This document shows positions 41,266-56,034 of a stretch of 64,000 nt of DNA, piece after piece. This DNA comes from Octopus vulgaris (Eukaryota), in assembly GCA_951406725.2 (NCBI GenBank), contig OX597815.1, positions 74,772,001-74,836,000 of the forward strand, written 5' to 3'. Position numbers and translations under genes: made by a program. The stretch's first letter is position 1. Each line of letters opens with the position of its first letter. The notes beneath the pieces were generated by a model. That model was not told the origin of the DNA and ran no database searches. It worked only from the letters and a program-made list of their open reading frames with translations.

Positions 41266-43316
41266 CTTATTTTCTTAACGCGCATCACTTGCGTCTCTAT
41301 AACTTATTTCATAATTCATTCAATTGTTTTTCATACAACTGTGTAAAACAATACTAAATCGATGACCTATGAACATGTGATACATAACTGAAAATTACTA
41401 TTGATAATACTTGTACAATAACGAAGGACCAGCCAACGTGTCTTGGATTTGTATCGTACCACTAGAGACTTAGAGATCTATCCCTGACAAACTTGTAATT
41501 GATCTCTGAATCAGATAACTATTTCGTTCGCTATTTTGTGACCCAGTAATAAGATCTTTAACCTCTCTCAATCCCTCTCTCTTTCACTGAGGGGAGACAA
41601 ACGACCGGGATGTTACACTTCTCTTTTTCACGACTCAAAATATATTCCAGCTTATGTTTTGTTAGTTAGACTACCTCAATAACGTACTAACCTAAGGGTC
41701 AACAGTCCACATTTTACTCCCAAAAGTGGGTTCTTTCCATAACCAAGACACTTAATTCTCGAAGGTCCAGTTCACTCTAGTATAAGTATTATCACACAAC
41801 GCTACCACTACCTTAAACATTGAATACCTCACGCATGTTTTATTAGCTAGCTAATAATTGCAAACAGATGAACCAACAGTTGTGGACATTTTACAAGCCC
41901 CACAATGGAGTGCTGCTTCCACATTTGGGCAGTTTTGCTGTTATATACACAGATATTCTTGACTACATTCAGAGAAGAGTCTTTCTCCGTTTGCTCTGTC
42001 GCTATTATAGTGGATTTTATTCTTGGGAGATAGTCTTGTACTTCTGCCACTCAGATATCCCGACTCATTCTTCTCTCCGCCTCTCGCTACCTTTATTGCA
42101 TCTAACCGTCAGTCCCACACAAACCACTGCCCCAATCCTTCCTCACAAGAACATCTCCCCTCAGGAATCTTCTCTTCAGTCATGTGTTCCCTGCCAATGT
42201 TGACCTGCAACACTTTAAACCGAACATTAACGAGATCAAACTCATCGGTCTCGGGGGACCTACAAAGGTCAGGGTTACTCCAGACTCAGCAAGTTAATTG
42301 AAAATTTTCAGTGATGCCTTTGCGATCCAGCAAGTTATGGGATTGCATAATCGTTAGGTTGTAATGAAGAGTTCAATTCCACACATAGAAAACAAACAGG
42401 CATTTAAATAGACTTCTCTCAGTTACTCGGTGTACTGGATTAGTGGGTTCCACCCTAGCGCCCGACCAGCTATCTTCATGCATGAGTCTGCCCGAAAAAC
42501 ACCAGTAGATTCTAACAAACTTCAATAGCCAAAGCACTTAGCTACAGAGATTATGAAAAGTTAAAAAGAATTGCAGACACTCAAGCATCGCTAAATTTAC
42601 AATAGCTATCTATGTGAATGCACGTGAGTTAGTTGTTTAAGGTGTTTCACTCACGATCGCGAGATTATGGTTTCGATTCCCACACCTTCTGTGCATTGGG
42701 TTCTTGAGCAAAACATTTCATTTAGCTATAAACGTCCGTTAAACCATAAATAAGTAACGTTGTGACGGACTGGCGTACAGCGGTGAGATGGTAACTCAGG
42801 AACATCACCCGGACGGAGATTTCCCGATAGACGTGTTGCATTCAGTGATCAGAAGGATGAATAGTACAACCCAACACATGTCGAAAGTTACTGTGTTATT
42901 TATCCCGAGATAACATCTCATATGAATGTGCTGTTTAAAAAACACAATAAACATTGGAGGGATGCGAAAAATTCACCCAAGCAGCGGCCAACGACAAAAC
43001 CAGATGGATCTTTCCACGGTACGTACTCGCAGCCAGCTACATGTTCGGACGAGAATTTGTCCTTCGATATAAGTAACTGTGAATAAAATATTCATTGATG
43101 TTACGAATAGCCACCCTGAGGAATAATAATCTGTTATTGGCAATTGATATATAAAAAAGGCCGAAAAGCAGTTGATGTTCTTGCTGGGTCGGTTTTTCTG
43201 CTGGAGTAGTTTTTCGTCCCTCTCTTCCATATTCATTGTGTTTTTTCATTCAGCAAGTCCATAAAAGATGCTATCTCGAGACATACACGCAGTAACTGGC
43301 CTATCATCAGTGTATA

Positions 43317-44633
43317 CGAGGTTGTATCAAAGAGTTCCCAGACTAGTTATGTTTAATAAAAAAAATAATTTATTTGCCTAAGTTTTAACATCATCTTCGA
43401 AATAGTCACCTTGCACAGCAGTACACCGGTCCCAACATTCCTGCCACTTTTAGTATCCGGTCAGGAAGTCGTTTTCCGGAAATTAGTCGAGGACTTTCTG
43501 CAATTCGCTCTGAATCTCGACAAAGGTGTTAAAACGGTGACCTTTGAGCTGCATTTTCATGTTGGGGAAGAAATGGAAGTCCGCAGGTGCTAAATATGTC
43601 GAATGGGGTGGGTGTGGAAGTGATACTATGTTGTTTTGGGCCAGAAACTCACGAGTGAAAAGAGCTCGGTGACAGGGTACATTGTCGCTGTGAAAAATCC
43701 AACACCCCGCGCTCCACAGCTCTGGCCACTTTCGCCGATTGTCCTCCCCCAAACACCTCAAAACGTCGCAGTAGAACCCTCGATTGACGGTTTGGCCCAG
43801 GGGGGGGGCGAATTTTTGATGTACAATACTGTGGATATCGAATAAAACGATGAGCATGTTCACGATTAAGCTGCAGCTCTGTCGTGCTTTCTTCGGTCCT
43901 GAAGATGGGCTCATCCACTGTGACAACTGCTGCTTCGTGTCAGGGTCGTACCCAAAGACCCAACTCTCATTGGTGATGATCATTGACATAAAGAATGGGT
44001 CATCCTTTATGTGGTACGCTGGCGGAGATCTTGACTGACTTCGATGCGATGTTCTTTCCGCTCAGTGGTTAGCAGGCGGGGGGGGGCACTTGGCAGAGAC
44101 ACACTGTATGTTCAATTCAGCCGTTAGGATTGCCTACACGAACCAATACAACAGACCAACAACATTGGCGATGTCGTTGATTGTCCTCCAGTGATTTTCA
44201 TGCAAAAGCTGACGAATTTTCTCCACATTTCCAGGGTGACGCTCGTGGCAGGTCTTCCAGATTGCCCATCGTCTTCCAGGGAGGTTCTTCCATTTTGAAG
44301 CACCCATGCCACTCGAAACATTGCGTACGACCAATTGCCTCGTCGCCATATGCTTGTCGAAGCCTTTCAATGTCTTTGCAGCAGACTTCCCAAGTGTAAC
44401 GTAAAATTCCACGTTGACTCTTTGTTCCAACTTCCTGTCCAGGACAAAATCGCGACTACAGCATACGCGCTATCACAAAAAGCAAATTTCACAACTTGCG
44501 AAGTAAACATAGCCATGACACTTGATACACTGCCTCGTGAAGGTCACTGCTAGTTCTCACTGCGCACGCAGCCGTGTACTGCACTCTTTTATGCACAACA
44601 GAACTAGTCCGGGAGCGTTTTGATAGCACTTCG
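43317..44633 (-). mobile_element. Full-length mariner-family transposon, decayed
   Basis: TA-CGAGGTTGTATCAAAGAGTTCCCAGACTAGTT ... AACTAGTCCGGGAGCGTTTTGATAGCACTTCG-TA; MEQRVNVEF; ITNESWVFGYDP; HSDNVPCH; LAPADF. Confidence 0.93.
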
Positions 44634-45608
44634 TACATATTATGATACATAGATGACTGTTATAACTTAATACTACCTCAATTGCATACACCGGATGACG
44701 AAATACATTTATTATAAAACAGTTCGATAAAGATCGATAAAGTATCGATAAAGTATCGATAAAGATCTAGGTAAAAAAAAATCTTGACAACGGGAAAATA
44801 TTTACAATCTTTATTTATCAACGTTAAAAATAAAAGTTAGTATTACAAATGATAAATATTCCAAAGTCAAAATATTATAATGTAACAAATATAAATAAAT
44901 AAATAAATGAATAAATAAATAAATACGTGGGTGTGTATAACTATACAAATAAATATTCTAAGACATCCTATAGGTGTCTATATGATTTTTACGATTATTT
45001 GAATTTTCTAGACAAGTATTAGCATTAAGAAAGTGAATCACAAATTACTCTGAATGAGATTTGTACTCGCAGATCTTTCAGTTCATATCATATCACCCGT
45101 TTTGTTTGGTTCCTGAATACAAATCAATAGTCTCTGGCTCAGATCACACAATTTTAAATTGGTGTCATGAGCGGTAACATTAATGGTGACACATTTCAGG
45201 TCAGATGTCATGGCCAGTATGATTGAGATTTTACATCTATTTTGTAAGATTTGACAAGGTATTTCTGGAAGTACCGCCGAGACTATAACTAGAACCGATC
45301 TTATTTCTCCTTATAACTAATACTTTTCCGAAAATTCGATGGACCTTTTATTTATTGACCCAAGAGAATATTTTTTTCAAAAAAGTCAGTGTAATAAATA
45401 GCGTATACCATCTTGCACAGATTCTTAACAACATGCATCCAATTTTAATAATAAATACTCATTTAAACAGTTTTCTCATACATGCATGGTTATACAAAAC
45501 TGTACGTATGAACATATGTATATATGTGTGTGTGTAGAATAAATAAATATATATATATATACATACATACATACATACATACATACATACATACATACAT
45601 ACATACAT

Positions 45609-45663
<55 letters not shown>

Positions 45664-46034
45664 TACATACATACATACATACATACATACATTTTTGTAT
45701 ACATAAAATCTCATACAAACTTACACATAAACATACTCCAATAAATAATTTTTCAAAAAAATATTTTCGGGATAATTATAAAAGTAGATCGTAAAAATTT
45801 TGGATTTCTTCGAATTAGGCATATGGTCAACGTTTATAGAGAGATGGATTTTGCGCATGAGTTGATTCCATGATATTTTTGATAAGCGAGTAATCAGCTC
45901 TTCTTCAAAGAAAATTACTTCAGCAGCAAAAAAAATTGAGAGCAAAGAAACTGAGGACAACCTAACCACTGTTTTTAAGAACACTCATCGCTTCTGAAAG
46001 TGCTGTGTCTGAGTGTGTGTGCGCGCGCGTGTGT

Positions 46035-46066
<32 letters not shown>

Positions 46067-46404
46067 ATACATATATGTGTATATATATGTACACACACGC
46101 ACACATGTTTGTATGTATATATACACATACATACGTATATGTGCGTGTGTCTGTGTGTATGATTTACAAGTGATGTTTTTTATATATTTAAATAAATCTA
46201 TGCAGATTAAAAAAATAATACTTGTCTTTATGTGTAACTTCAGCAAGGTAATAAATTTGCATAAGAGAGATTTAGTTGCAGTATATTACTGGTACATATT
46301 TTATCGTTCCTAGTGGGTAAAAGTGGAAAGGGAAGTCAAATGTTGCATGTTTTGAACGCAGAACGTCGCTACAACTGAATCCCGTCAGCTAAATATTTAC
46401 TTAG

Positions 46405-46595
46405 CTAAATATTTACTTAGCGGTTCTGGATAAGATATCGATAGAATAAGTACTTAATTTAAAGAATAGGTACCACACTTAAACTATCTACAGGGATCAA
46501 TTTGTTCAACTAAACCTTTAAGGTGATACTTCAGTTTGGCTACAATCCAATGTCTGCTACAAGTAAAAGACAGAAGACAAAAAAATAAAAGATAA
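46405..46595 (+). mobile_element. SINE family B 3' fragment
   Basis: acttagcggttc...gatagaataagtac...tttgttcaactaa...acaagtaaaaga. Confidence 0.6.
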
Positions 46596-49223
46596 GCTGA
46601 TCATACTCATGGTAAGACTTGGACGTCAAAACATCGCATTTTCTCTTCTATAAAGATATGGTTCTGAACAGAACTAAATGAAATCACAATAAATATACCG
46701 AGAAGACCTATGAAATGATTCGGTGAAAGGAAAATGTTTCCTAAACTATTTTTAAAGCTTTTTCAATGTATTCTGTATGTAGTCTAGTTGCATGGAAGTT
46801 CTGCGAAGGATAGTCATTGTGAATTCCTCTTGTTCCTGGAGCGAAAATTGAGTTATATTGTTCCTCAAATTGTGTCTGACATCCTTTCGAAGTGTTATAA
46901 ACAGCTGAAAAAAAAAAGTTAATATGTTAGGCGAATTTCCAACCCATGTCTCATTGAGACTGGAGTTTCTGCAGGAATATAATGAACAGATGATTAATTA
47001 TAACATGTACGTAAAACAGCGAGAATCAAAACGAGGATGTACATATTCATTCTTAATATGTGCAGGCAGATTTGAACGTGAATATAAAAATTGCTGTTGT
47101 ATTTCGCCTTCAGAGAATACTTCTCTTTTCAGACGATGTATGTTGACAACACACAGGATTCATTGACGTAAGAGGACATTGAAGCATTGATGTCTCAACC
47201 TGATTGTGTCCCTTCCGTCAAAGCTAGCCCTTGATCAATGAATCTAAACACGAGTGGTGGTTCTTATTTGAGTTTCACAAGAAAATGAAACGAAAAGAAA
47301 ACGGGAAATTATTTTGGTGGTTGATTCCGCAAAAACTAATGTGACATGCAAGAAAGTTTTCAAACCTTTAATTTATTTTTGAATATTGTTTGCATAAATT
47401 ATACTGCAATAAGCGCTACGTTCAGAATTTTAATTTATTGATGATTTATATATTTTTTGGATAGTTGATACATCTCACTATGTCATGTTCCCACAGAGAG
47501 AAAAGCTGTTTTATCTCTTCTGTATTCAACTAATTCCACGATGTCTTCAAGTGGTTTCCCAGCTGAAGGCGTTTCGTTCTATTCTGGTCAATAATGCCCT
47601 TAAGAAATGAGTAAATGATAGAAAATTTTTGTTCCCTATACCAAGAAGTATTTATGAAATCTTTGAATGTCTTTTAGTATGTAAGAAAACTTTTCCATTC
47701 CATATACATCGGCCTTTCGTTTCCCAGTATTTCGTTCTTTAGTGAAGAAATGCCGGTGGCGGATTTTTGATTAGGGTGGATTCCGATTTGTCAGGAATAG
47801 TAATAATTAGAATACTCTTGATCCTATAAACAAAAGTATTCTAGTCATTACCATTCCGTATGTTTTTTAGATAGAATGTTCATTAGTCCACATTCTCTCA
47901 GTGGCAAATGTGAAATATGGCATGCAGGATTAGGCAACGAAACAACGGACTGCCGTCAACCCAGGTATTGCTTGAGCTGCGTTTTTATATCCAATCTATC
48001 TAACATTGCCTTCTTCTGCTAGTTCATCAGTTGAAATCATGTCTTCATCCACTCGTCACTTGTTCTACAGTTGGGGACTTAGGAGAGCTTGTTTCCTGAT
48101 CAGTGGGGACAGGTTTTCCTCGTAAATATTTTAGCTGGGATGGTCTTGCTATAAAACCAGCGGTTCAAGCCTTTCTCTGAACGTGACTGAACCCCAAGGA
48201 GTGTAAGAACCAGTATCTGAGGAAACGATATATATTGCACATCCCTCACGGAAAGTACTACTCTACACAGCGTTTCCGCCTCAGTCTACGTTATACCCCG
48301 ATATTTCTCTTCATTTACGTCGATAATATTCTTGAAAAGCTTACGAAAATCATTCAATCTCAAATCATTCAGCCTCAAATCATTCAACCTCATATCTCGT
48401 AGGAGTCATGTCCCGTGTTCTGAATTTGAATAAAGGCAAGATCGATATTTTTAAAGATTGGTTTTGTTTTGTTTTTTGGTTTTTTTTAACTCAAGGTTAG
48501 CCTTGATCAAGCAGTCATATGATTAAAAGTATTCTAGTCATTAATATTCTGTATGTTTTTAGGTAGAATGTTCATCAGTCCGCATTATCTAAAATGTCCT
48601 TTTTTTATTAAGATGGAGAACTTTCTGAGGGAGATTCAATTATCACTGTGGGTTTTGTTGTTTAGATCTAGGTCAGCTCTGACCGTTTACAAAAGGCGCT
48701 ACACTCGTGACCATCTCATTTATTTTGAGGGCAAGTTATAAGATGTGTTGCATTGTTTACATGAGAAAATTTCTAATGACTGAATAAGGAAACAAACATT
48801 ATGTCTTTGAATTTTATGGCGCCACTTATTAATTCAGTGCGTCTGTAAAGAATTTAAAATCGATTATTCAGTTGTATCCAAGCATCGAAGATAGCAACAG
48901 CATGCATACACAAACCTCTCGGTAGAGACAACAGTGGTAGTGATGTGGTGGTGGTGGTGGTGGTGGTATTGATGATGATGGTGGTGGTTTACTGGGATTT
49001 GAAGGACAATGAAATAATGAGGACAGCGTGATTAACTTAACTTTTGCGATAAACAGCTTAACACTTGCATACAACTACAAAGAAAAGCATGATCGTTGCG
49101 TTGCCAGAGATCAAAGTGTTTATATTTCTCTCCAATAAAGCGGAGGAGGCATCGTTTATGTGTGATGCATACATAGATGCACACACTTTGGGTGCATGTG
49201 GGGGGGGGCGGGGTGTATGTGTT

Positions 49224-49259
<36 letters not shown>

Positions 49260-49733
49260 CATAGCAACCATTCCTCCTCCTCTTCTAACTCCCCTCCTAT
49301 AGGACCGCATACCCACCTGGCTCCTAAACTTTCCTGTCTTTCCCAACAACTTTCCTCATTCTCTATTTTTCCGTTCTTTATTTTCTTCTTTTTCTTATGA
49401 ACGCCTAACATCCTAAATGTCAAGACTTTTTCTCTTTTAAGTGTTAAATTTAGATCTATGCACTCGGAACTTTGTGTATAGATGCAAATGAAGATATTCT
49501 AGTGTGATTTGCAAGTTTATGCTGCAGAAAGAGTTCTTCATAGACAGGATCTGATATAGTAATGAGAGCGAGGACAACTCAGATTCGAATTATTTGTTCG
49601 GTTTGTCATCAAAGACTTTCCTGATAAACTGTTGCACGGCCAATTTAGAAGGCCACTAATTTAAACAACCGGCTGGAAATAACAAAGAGAAGATTCAATA
49701 GTAAAGCATATAATGAAATAATTTCATAGTTAC

Positions 49734-49952
49734 CTTGTGTAAAAATGCTTTTATTTTCTTGAGCTTTCTTATAGTACTTTCCAAACAGCAGTAAGCGACA
49801 TTTATACTTCCAGAACGACGACAGAGTTTGGCAAAACAATCCGCTGTTTTTCCATAGATGGGTATGCATCGAGATTCCTGTTCGATATTCCTTACAATTT
49901 CAAATTCCTTTATATACCGGTCCAAAGATGGAACCATTAATCGTGCAATACT
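49734..49952 (-). CDS. Candidate exon (73 codons, phase 0-0) of a second minus-strand gene or pseudogene
   Basis: ttatttcAG acceptor, AAG|GTAACT donor, open frame SIARLMVPSLDRY...YCCLESTIRKLKKIKAFLHK; next acceptor tttccAG 61 nt later. Confidence 0.5.
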
Positions 49953-50241
49953 CTGAAATAATAAACAATTACAATAATCTTAATTAGTGTTTTATGTCCA
50001 ATGAAAGGAAACGAATAAGTGTTGCGATCACAGATAGAATGGTGAGTGTCATACAGATCAAAGAGAGAATGATCAAAGAATATTATCCAAGACTTAGAAA
50101 AATTTGACAGTCGGAGATTTCACCTTATAAAACACCTGACAATGCATTTGCAGTATCTATACAAGTACTTTTATTGATACATTTGATTGATTATATTTAG
50201 GTGTGTTGTGCGTCCATGCACGTATTTGCGTGCGTGTGCGT

Positions 50242-50319
<78 letters not shown>

Positions 50320-50321
<2 letters not shown>

Positions 50322-50620
50322 TTGTCTTTGTGATAGTATATATCACTCACTGCTTGTCTACCAGTGTTAGTTTGCTTAATTTCTCGTAACTTAGCGTTTC
50401 AGCAAAAAAGTGGATGGAGTAAATACAAGACCCTGAAAAAAAATAACAGCGTCGATTTGATTGATTAAACCCCTTGAGACGGTGCCCCAACATGGCGGCG
50501 CCCCAGCATGGCGGCGCCCCAGCATGGCGGCGCCCCAGCATGGCGGCGCCCCAACATGGCGGCGCCCCAGCATGGCGGCGCCCCACCATGGCGGCGGCCC
50601 AATAAGTGAAACAAAGGAAT
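50320..50620 (+). mobile_element. SINE family B 3' part containing a 16-bp minisatellite
   Basis: Homologous to 54620-54813; unit CATGGCGGCGCCCCAG about 7 times at 50491-50600. Confidence 0.8.
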
Positions 50621-50859
50621 GATATTGTTAGAATCAATTTAGCAGCAACGACTGCATTCAAGAGATTCTCAGACTTTCTCATTAGGAGAGCAAGTTATAA
50701 CTATCGTAGATTATTGTAATTTTATTATATCATTACTATTCACCTAATGAGCTGATCTGCCTATTTTTGTTATTTTAGATTGAAGGAGACATGTGTACCA
50801 GCACCTTAAACACATCCTGCAAAACACTGCTTGTCACCATTGACTAGTTTATACAATGC

Positions 50860-51543
50860 AGTCGAGATGTTTGGAAGCTCGCTATGTAATAAAGTGTTGT
50901 ATTTAACTGAGCAAAAATGGTACAGAAACTTATAAAATGTTCCAGACTATTTATTGATAAACTTTTTCGCTAGCACAAGCGGTTCAAGGATGATAGGAGG
51001 TGAGAGACGATGAGAGGTATGGGAGGGAAAGGGACGTCAGGACATCAGAGCTGGTTGAGAAAATTTGCAATTTTCTGGATGAAGACGTCGTGTCTATAAA
51101 GACAATAAGCATTCAGTTTGGCATTGGTGTGGCAACTTTACACAATTATTCATGAAAAATCTGATCATGCGCAAAATTTATGTAAAGTGTGTTCCTAAGG
51201 AGTTCAGTCACGAGCATTCTGGTAACCAACTACTTGATAGAGATAGACATCAAAACTGTCCCTCACCCTCTCTCTACAATCCAGACCCTGCTCCCTGTGG
51301 TTTTTGGTTGTCCCCCAAACTAAAGGAGAACCCCCAGGCAGTTGTTTTCAAGATGAAGGGATCTGTGACAAGGGTTCTGGACACCTTCACTTTGGAGAGC
51401 TTTCATGGGGGCTTCACGAAGTGGCTGCAACACTACAAGTGCGTTGAATCAGAGAATGCTACTTTGAAAGAGATAAGTGTTTTGTACTTTGAAAGTAATG
51501 ACTTTCCTGAAAAGGTCTAAAAACTTCTGGAATGCACTTTGTA
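50860..51543 (+). mobile_element. Decayed mariner
   Basis: MRKIYVKCVPK; YNPDPAPCGFWLSPKLKE. Confidence 0.75.
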
Positions 51544-51734
51544 TTTAGTATTCATAGATAGTCTTCACTATAAATATATTTTAGTCAAACCAAATGTTTT
51601 ATTATGATTTGTTATGGTTACACATAACAGTTACGTCGTCAAACTGAGCAAAAGATATATGTATTACCAATAAAAGTTTCAACAAAGTGCTTATGTAATG
51701 CCTTTTTTACTATGAAGTCCTGAAGTATATGTGA

Positions 51735-51895
51735 AGGGGTTAGTCGATCACACCGGTCCCAGTGCACAAGGTGTGCGTATTTTATCGATTTATTTTATCG
51801 ACCTCCAAAAGTCGGGATTTGAACTCGGAGCATAAAGAGCCGGAAGAAATGCCGCTAAGCACTTTTCCGGTTAACGATTCTGCCAGCTTGCTGTC
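51735..51895 (-). mobile_element. SINE family C, degraded
   Basis: ggatttgaactcggagc...aaatgccgctaagc...aacgattctgccagct. Confidence 0.7.
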
Positions 51896-52314
51896 CCAAC
51901 TGCTTGTGTCATATCGTATATTTGTATGACATATATGTCAAAGAAACTATGTGTAAGTAAATATTTTAAAGCTATAATCATCACAAAACATTCTGGGTAA
52001 TGACTCAAATTAGAGCAAACAGATAATATTACATCCCTGTAAAAAAAATAAAAAATACACAATAGTTCATGTACATAACAGAATAGTAAGTTAAGTAAAT
52101 ACTACATTGAATGGGAGGGAAGTAATAACGTATGACTGTTAGCAAGTTACTATATCGGAGTTACATTTAAGCCGTACAATCGTTGATGAAAAACTACAGC
52201 TAATAGACTAAAAGACTGCCAACCGAATGGTCTACAGTTCAAATTAAAAATGCAAGTTTAGCAATACGCTTATAACTTAGAAGATATTCCCGTATGCATC
52301 AGTATATTTAGTTG

Positions 52315-52740
52315 TAAATAGGCTATGGCTTCTACCATATTGTGGGTTCTTATTTCTTTGTCCTCGGGATTATCCTTCCGAGCGATTTCATTATAGAGTG
52401 TCCTAGCTACAACGTAATGTCTCATCGGTAGATTATACCGTGATGACATTTTCGGACAACTGCTTATGATGTGGGTGATATCTTCAGTGTGAACTCCACA
52501 AAGTCTACATCGGTTGTCACATTTTACGGATTTTCCTGCATCTCTATCCCTTTTATGCAGCATGTACTTGGTTAATATTTCCTGTTCTTGGATTGCAAAT
52601 GCTTACCCTTCAAAGTGGGAGGTAGTAATCCGGCTATTGGTCCATGATAAACTGTTTTGATGATCGATGTTACTATCATCACGGAGCTTTCTACTGACTT
52701 GTTCATGCATAGTCTTCTGTTTATATAGACTATTCCTTTC
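52315..52740 (-). mobile_element. R4/Dong-like CCHC fragment
   Basis: TSHFEG..FAIQEQE; CRLCGVHTEDITHIISSCPKM...RH..VA. Confidence 0.8.
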
Positions 52741-52907
52741 ATCTGTATGTATGTATGTATGTATGTATGTATGTATGTATGTATGTATGTATGTATGTAT
52801 GTATGTATGTATGTATGTATGTATGTACGAATGCATGTAAGAATTTTAAACTTGCAGGCATGAATGTATGTGTGTATCTGTGTACTTATATAGACTTTGT
52901 GAGAAAC

Positions 52908-52973
52908 CTGGCACACTGGAATATTGTTTATGTTTATGCTACCATTACCCAATCTCAAAATTTCATATTGTAT
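52908..52973 (-). CDS. Candidate exon IQYEILRLGNGSININNIPVCQ (phase 0-0)
   Basis: Long pyrimidine tract plus tttttcAG; CAG|GTTTCT donor is weak. Confidence 0.4.
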
Positions 52974-53032
52974 CTGAAAAAGTCCCAGAAAAAGTACAGA
53001 GAAAAGTACAAAGAAAAAAGACATAAACGAAC

Positions 53033-53134
53033 CTCTAATTCTTCATTAGTGATGTTTCTGTTATCGTTCCTCGTGTTGTGAAACTGAAGTTCTTCGTCAA
53101 ATTTCAGCGTGGTATTCTCGGAAACATCATCGCT
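53033..53134 (-). CDS. Candidate exon SDDVSENTTLKFDEELQFHNTRNDNRNITNEELE (phase 0-0)
   Basis: tgacAG acceptor, GAG|GTTCGT donor, 59-nt pyrimidine-rich intron to the next exon; two N-glycosylation sequons. Confidence 0.5.
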
Positions 53135-53200
53135 CTGTCAGCAAATAATAGATATTAGCGTAAGTATATACATGTGTGTGTATAAATATAGAGAGGGGGG

Positions 53201-53271
<71 letters not shown>

Positions 53272-54374
53272 AGAGTACATGTATGTGGGTGGGTGTGGGT
53301 GAACGTGTGCGTGCGTGTGTGTGCATGTGCGTGTGTGTCTGCGGTGTTTGGTAAACAGGATGATGAATCTAAGCTTTTGTATAATCAACCTTACACTCTG
53401 CTGTACTGCACGGACTGAGAAATTATGAATAATGTTTAAATGGTTTAAATGTTACCCATCATTTTTGGCTAGTCACGTGGTATATGATGTCATACATTAT
53501 CTCTCATGTATCAGGAGAAGGAATTTGAATAGCTTTTCTATACTTTGTCTAGAGCTGGAGTGGAATAGCAGCTGCTTTATCTATAATTTACTAACCAATA
53601 CCTGTGATTATTCATTTACCTTTTAACTTCAGATATATTTGAAGATTAATTTCCATGTGATAGTGATGGAATGATATGGTGCAGGCATCTTTTGAATTTG
53701 TGTTCTGAGATGTACCCAGATTGGGTCTTTAATTGCTGATACTCCCGCATAATATACAATAAAGTTTTCAGGCATTTATCTTTCAGAGGAGAGAGTAAAG
53801 CACTTTTGTCTTCGAATTACCGAAAAAAAAATAGTAATTCTTCATTATCTTATGTAAGTAATCTCTGTATACTTTCTAGTCTCTCGGTAGAAATATTAGT
53901 TTATTTTACTAAGAATGTAACTCATTATTGTAGGTGAAGCGAATGGTAAGTTACGATATCCGTCTTTCTCAGTGACTTTACCAATGTAAGTGAAATAAAA
54001 TTTGTTAACCGGGAATCCTGACTGAAATGTAAAGTGGATTCATCCTATTTAACATATGCCACTTAAATAATTTAGAAATATTGATGAAAATCAGAAGGAA
54101 GCCCTAAAGTGCAACATACCACATTTACCTTTGTATAATGCGAAAATATTTCAAAATTAAATGGTAGAATTATACTCAAAGGTATTTAACAAAGAGATAA
54201 GAGAATAAAATATATTAATGAGCTTCAGATACAAAAAAGTGGAGGTTACATTATATTCGAGTTTGCATTGTACTCGAGTAAATACAATATATATTTCCGC
54301 TGAGCCGAGGCTCCGTTTTTATTCTCGCTTGAAATCAATTTGCTTCACTTATAATGTTAATGATATTAAAAAAG

Positions 54375-54813
54375 ACTGTGTGGTTGTGCCGTAAGAAGCT
54401 TACTTTCCAGCCACATGGTTCCAGGTTCAGTCCCACTGCGTGGTACCTTGGGCAAGTGTCTTCTACTAAGCCTTGTGAGTGGATTTGGTAGACGGAAACT
54501 GAAAGAAGCCCATCATATATGTGTGTGTGTGTGTGTGTGCATATATGTGTGTATGTATGTATGTATGTATGTATGTATGTATGTATGTATGTATGTATGT
54601 ATGTATGTACGTATGTATTTGTGTGTCTCTGTCCCCCTGCCATCGCTTGACAACCGATGTTGGTGTGTTTACATCTCCGTAACCTAGCAGTTCGGCAAAA
54701 GAGACCGATAGAATAAGTATTAGGCTTACAAAGAATAAGTCCCGGGGTTGATTTGTTCGACTAAAGGAGGTGCTCCAGCATAGCCGCAGTCAAATTACTG
54801 AAATAAGTAAAAG
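54375..54813 (+). mobile_element. tRNA-derived SINE, family B (full length)
   Basis: tgtggttgtgccgtaagaagc...ggttcagtcccactgcg...accttgggcaagtgtcttct (CORE-like). Confidence 0.9.
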
Positions 54814-55108
54814 ATTCTGTATCTATATATATATATTCTTTTTTTTTTTTGCTCGAGAAATTAAAAATAGGGATTTGGAAGAAACAGGAGGAAATTAAAC
54901 TAAATTCATTGCATTGTTTAGTTTCGTTTCTTTACGTTCTAATTTCAAATAAATCCTGAGTCAACTTTGCTGTCATCATTTCGAAATTGACGAGACACCA
55001 TGAGTCAACGATTTAAATGACTACAAGTTACTGTCATACAGAAAATATCGGGCTTATTCTGAGTCAGAATAAATCACACAAATACACGCGCGCATATACA
55101 AGTAATAG

Positions 55109-55181
<73 letters not shown>

Positions 55182-55203
55182 GTGTATGTATGTATGTATG
55201 TGT

Positions 55204-55262
<59 letters not shown>

Positions 55263-55438
55263 AATCAAAATAAACAAACAATTCAAATAAACGGCTAAAA
55301 ACGAAAAAAGGAAGAAAAACTAACGAACGTGAGGACGTGCACAAGAAGTATATTAATTGTCGGAAAGGAGAAAAGGAAAAATCCAAAGGAGGAGGAGAAG
55401 AAGAAATCGCCAACGGGTCACGTGTATTACATATGTAG

Positions 55439-55520
<82 letters not shown>

Positions 55521-55879
55521 AATATATATCTACATATGTATCATACAAATGCGTAATATTTATGTGTGTTTATGTAATATTATATGTTTGTATGCTGAAA
55601 AGGTTAAGAGGTTTCACACATGTACAGTAATATTAAAATTGAAAGGAAAAAATGCTTTGAGAACACTATCCTAATAAAAAGAAGAAAATATTAACTCTGC
55701 TACTGGTTTCAATTGTTTAAGCCTATTTAGTCGTGTAATAAGAGACGGGGGAAAAATTAAAGAAAATTAAATTAATTTTTCTGGGTATTTATATCTATTT
55801 TTTAAGTTCACGTTTTTATTACAAAATTCACATAGCGTTGTTATACATCTGTCTATTCCATCCCATATATATATGTATG

Positions 55880-56034
<155 letters not shown>

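Noticed and set aside
41400-42560. Unassigned sequence with short ORFs 41847-42301
   Set aside because: No recognisable motif or splice pattern; probably an old TE relic but unsupported.
50491-50600. Regular GC-rich repeats as a CRISPR array
   Set aside because: Units are contiguous with no spacers, there are no cas genes, and the context is a eukaryotic SINE.
51871-52036. Strong acceptor (ttttttttacAG) as an extra exon of the candidate gene
   Set aside because: The phase-0 frame stops after 8 codons and there is no clear donor; it fits only the pseudogene model.
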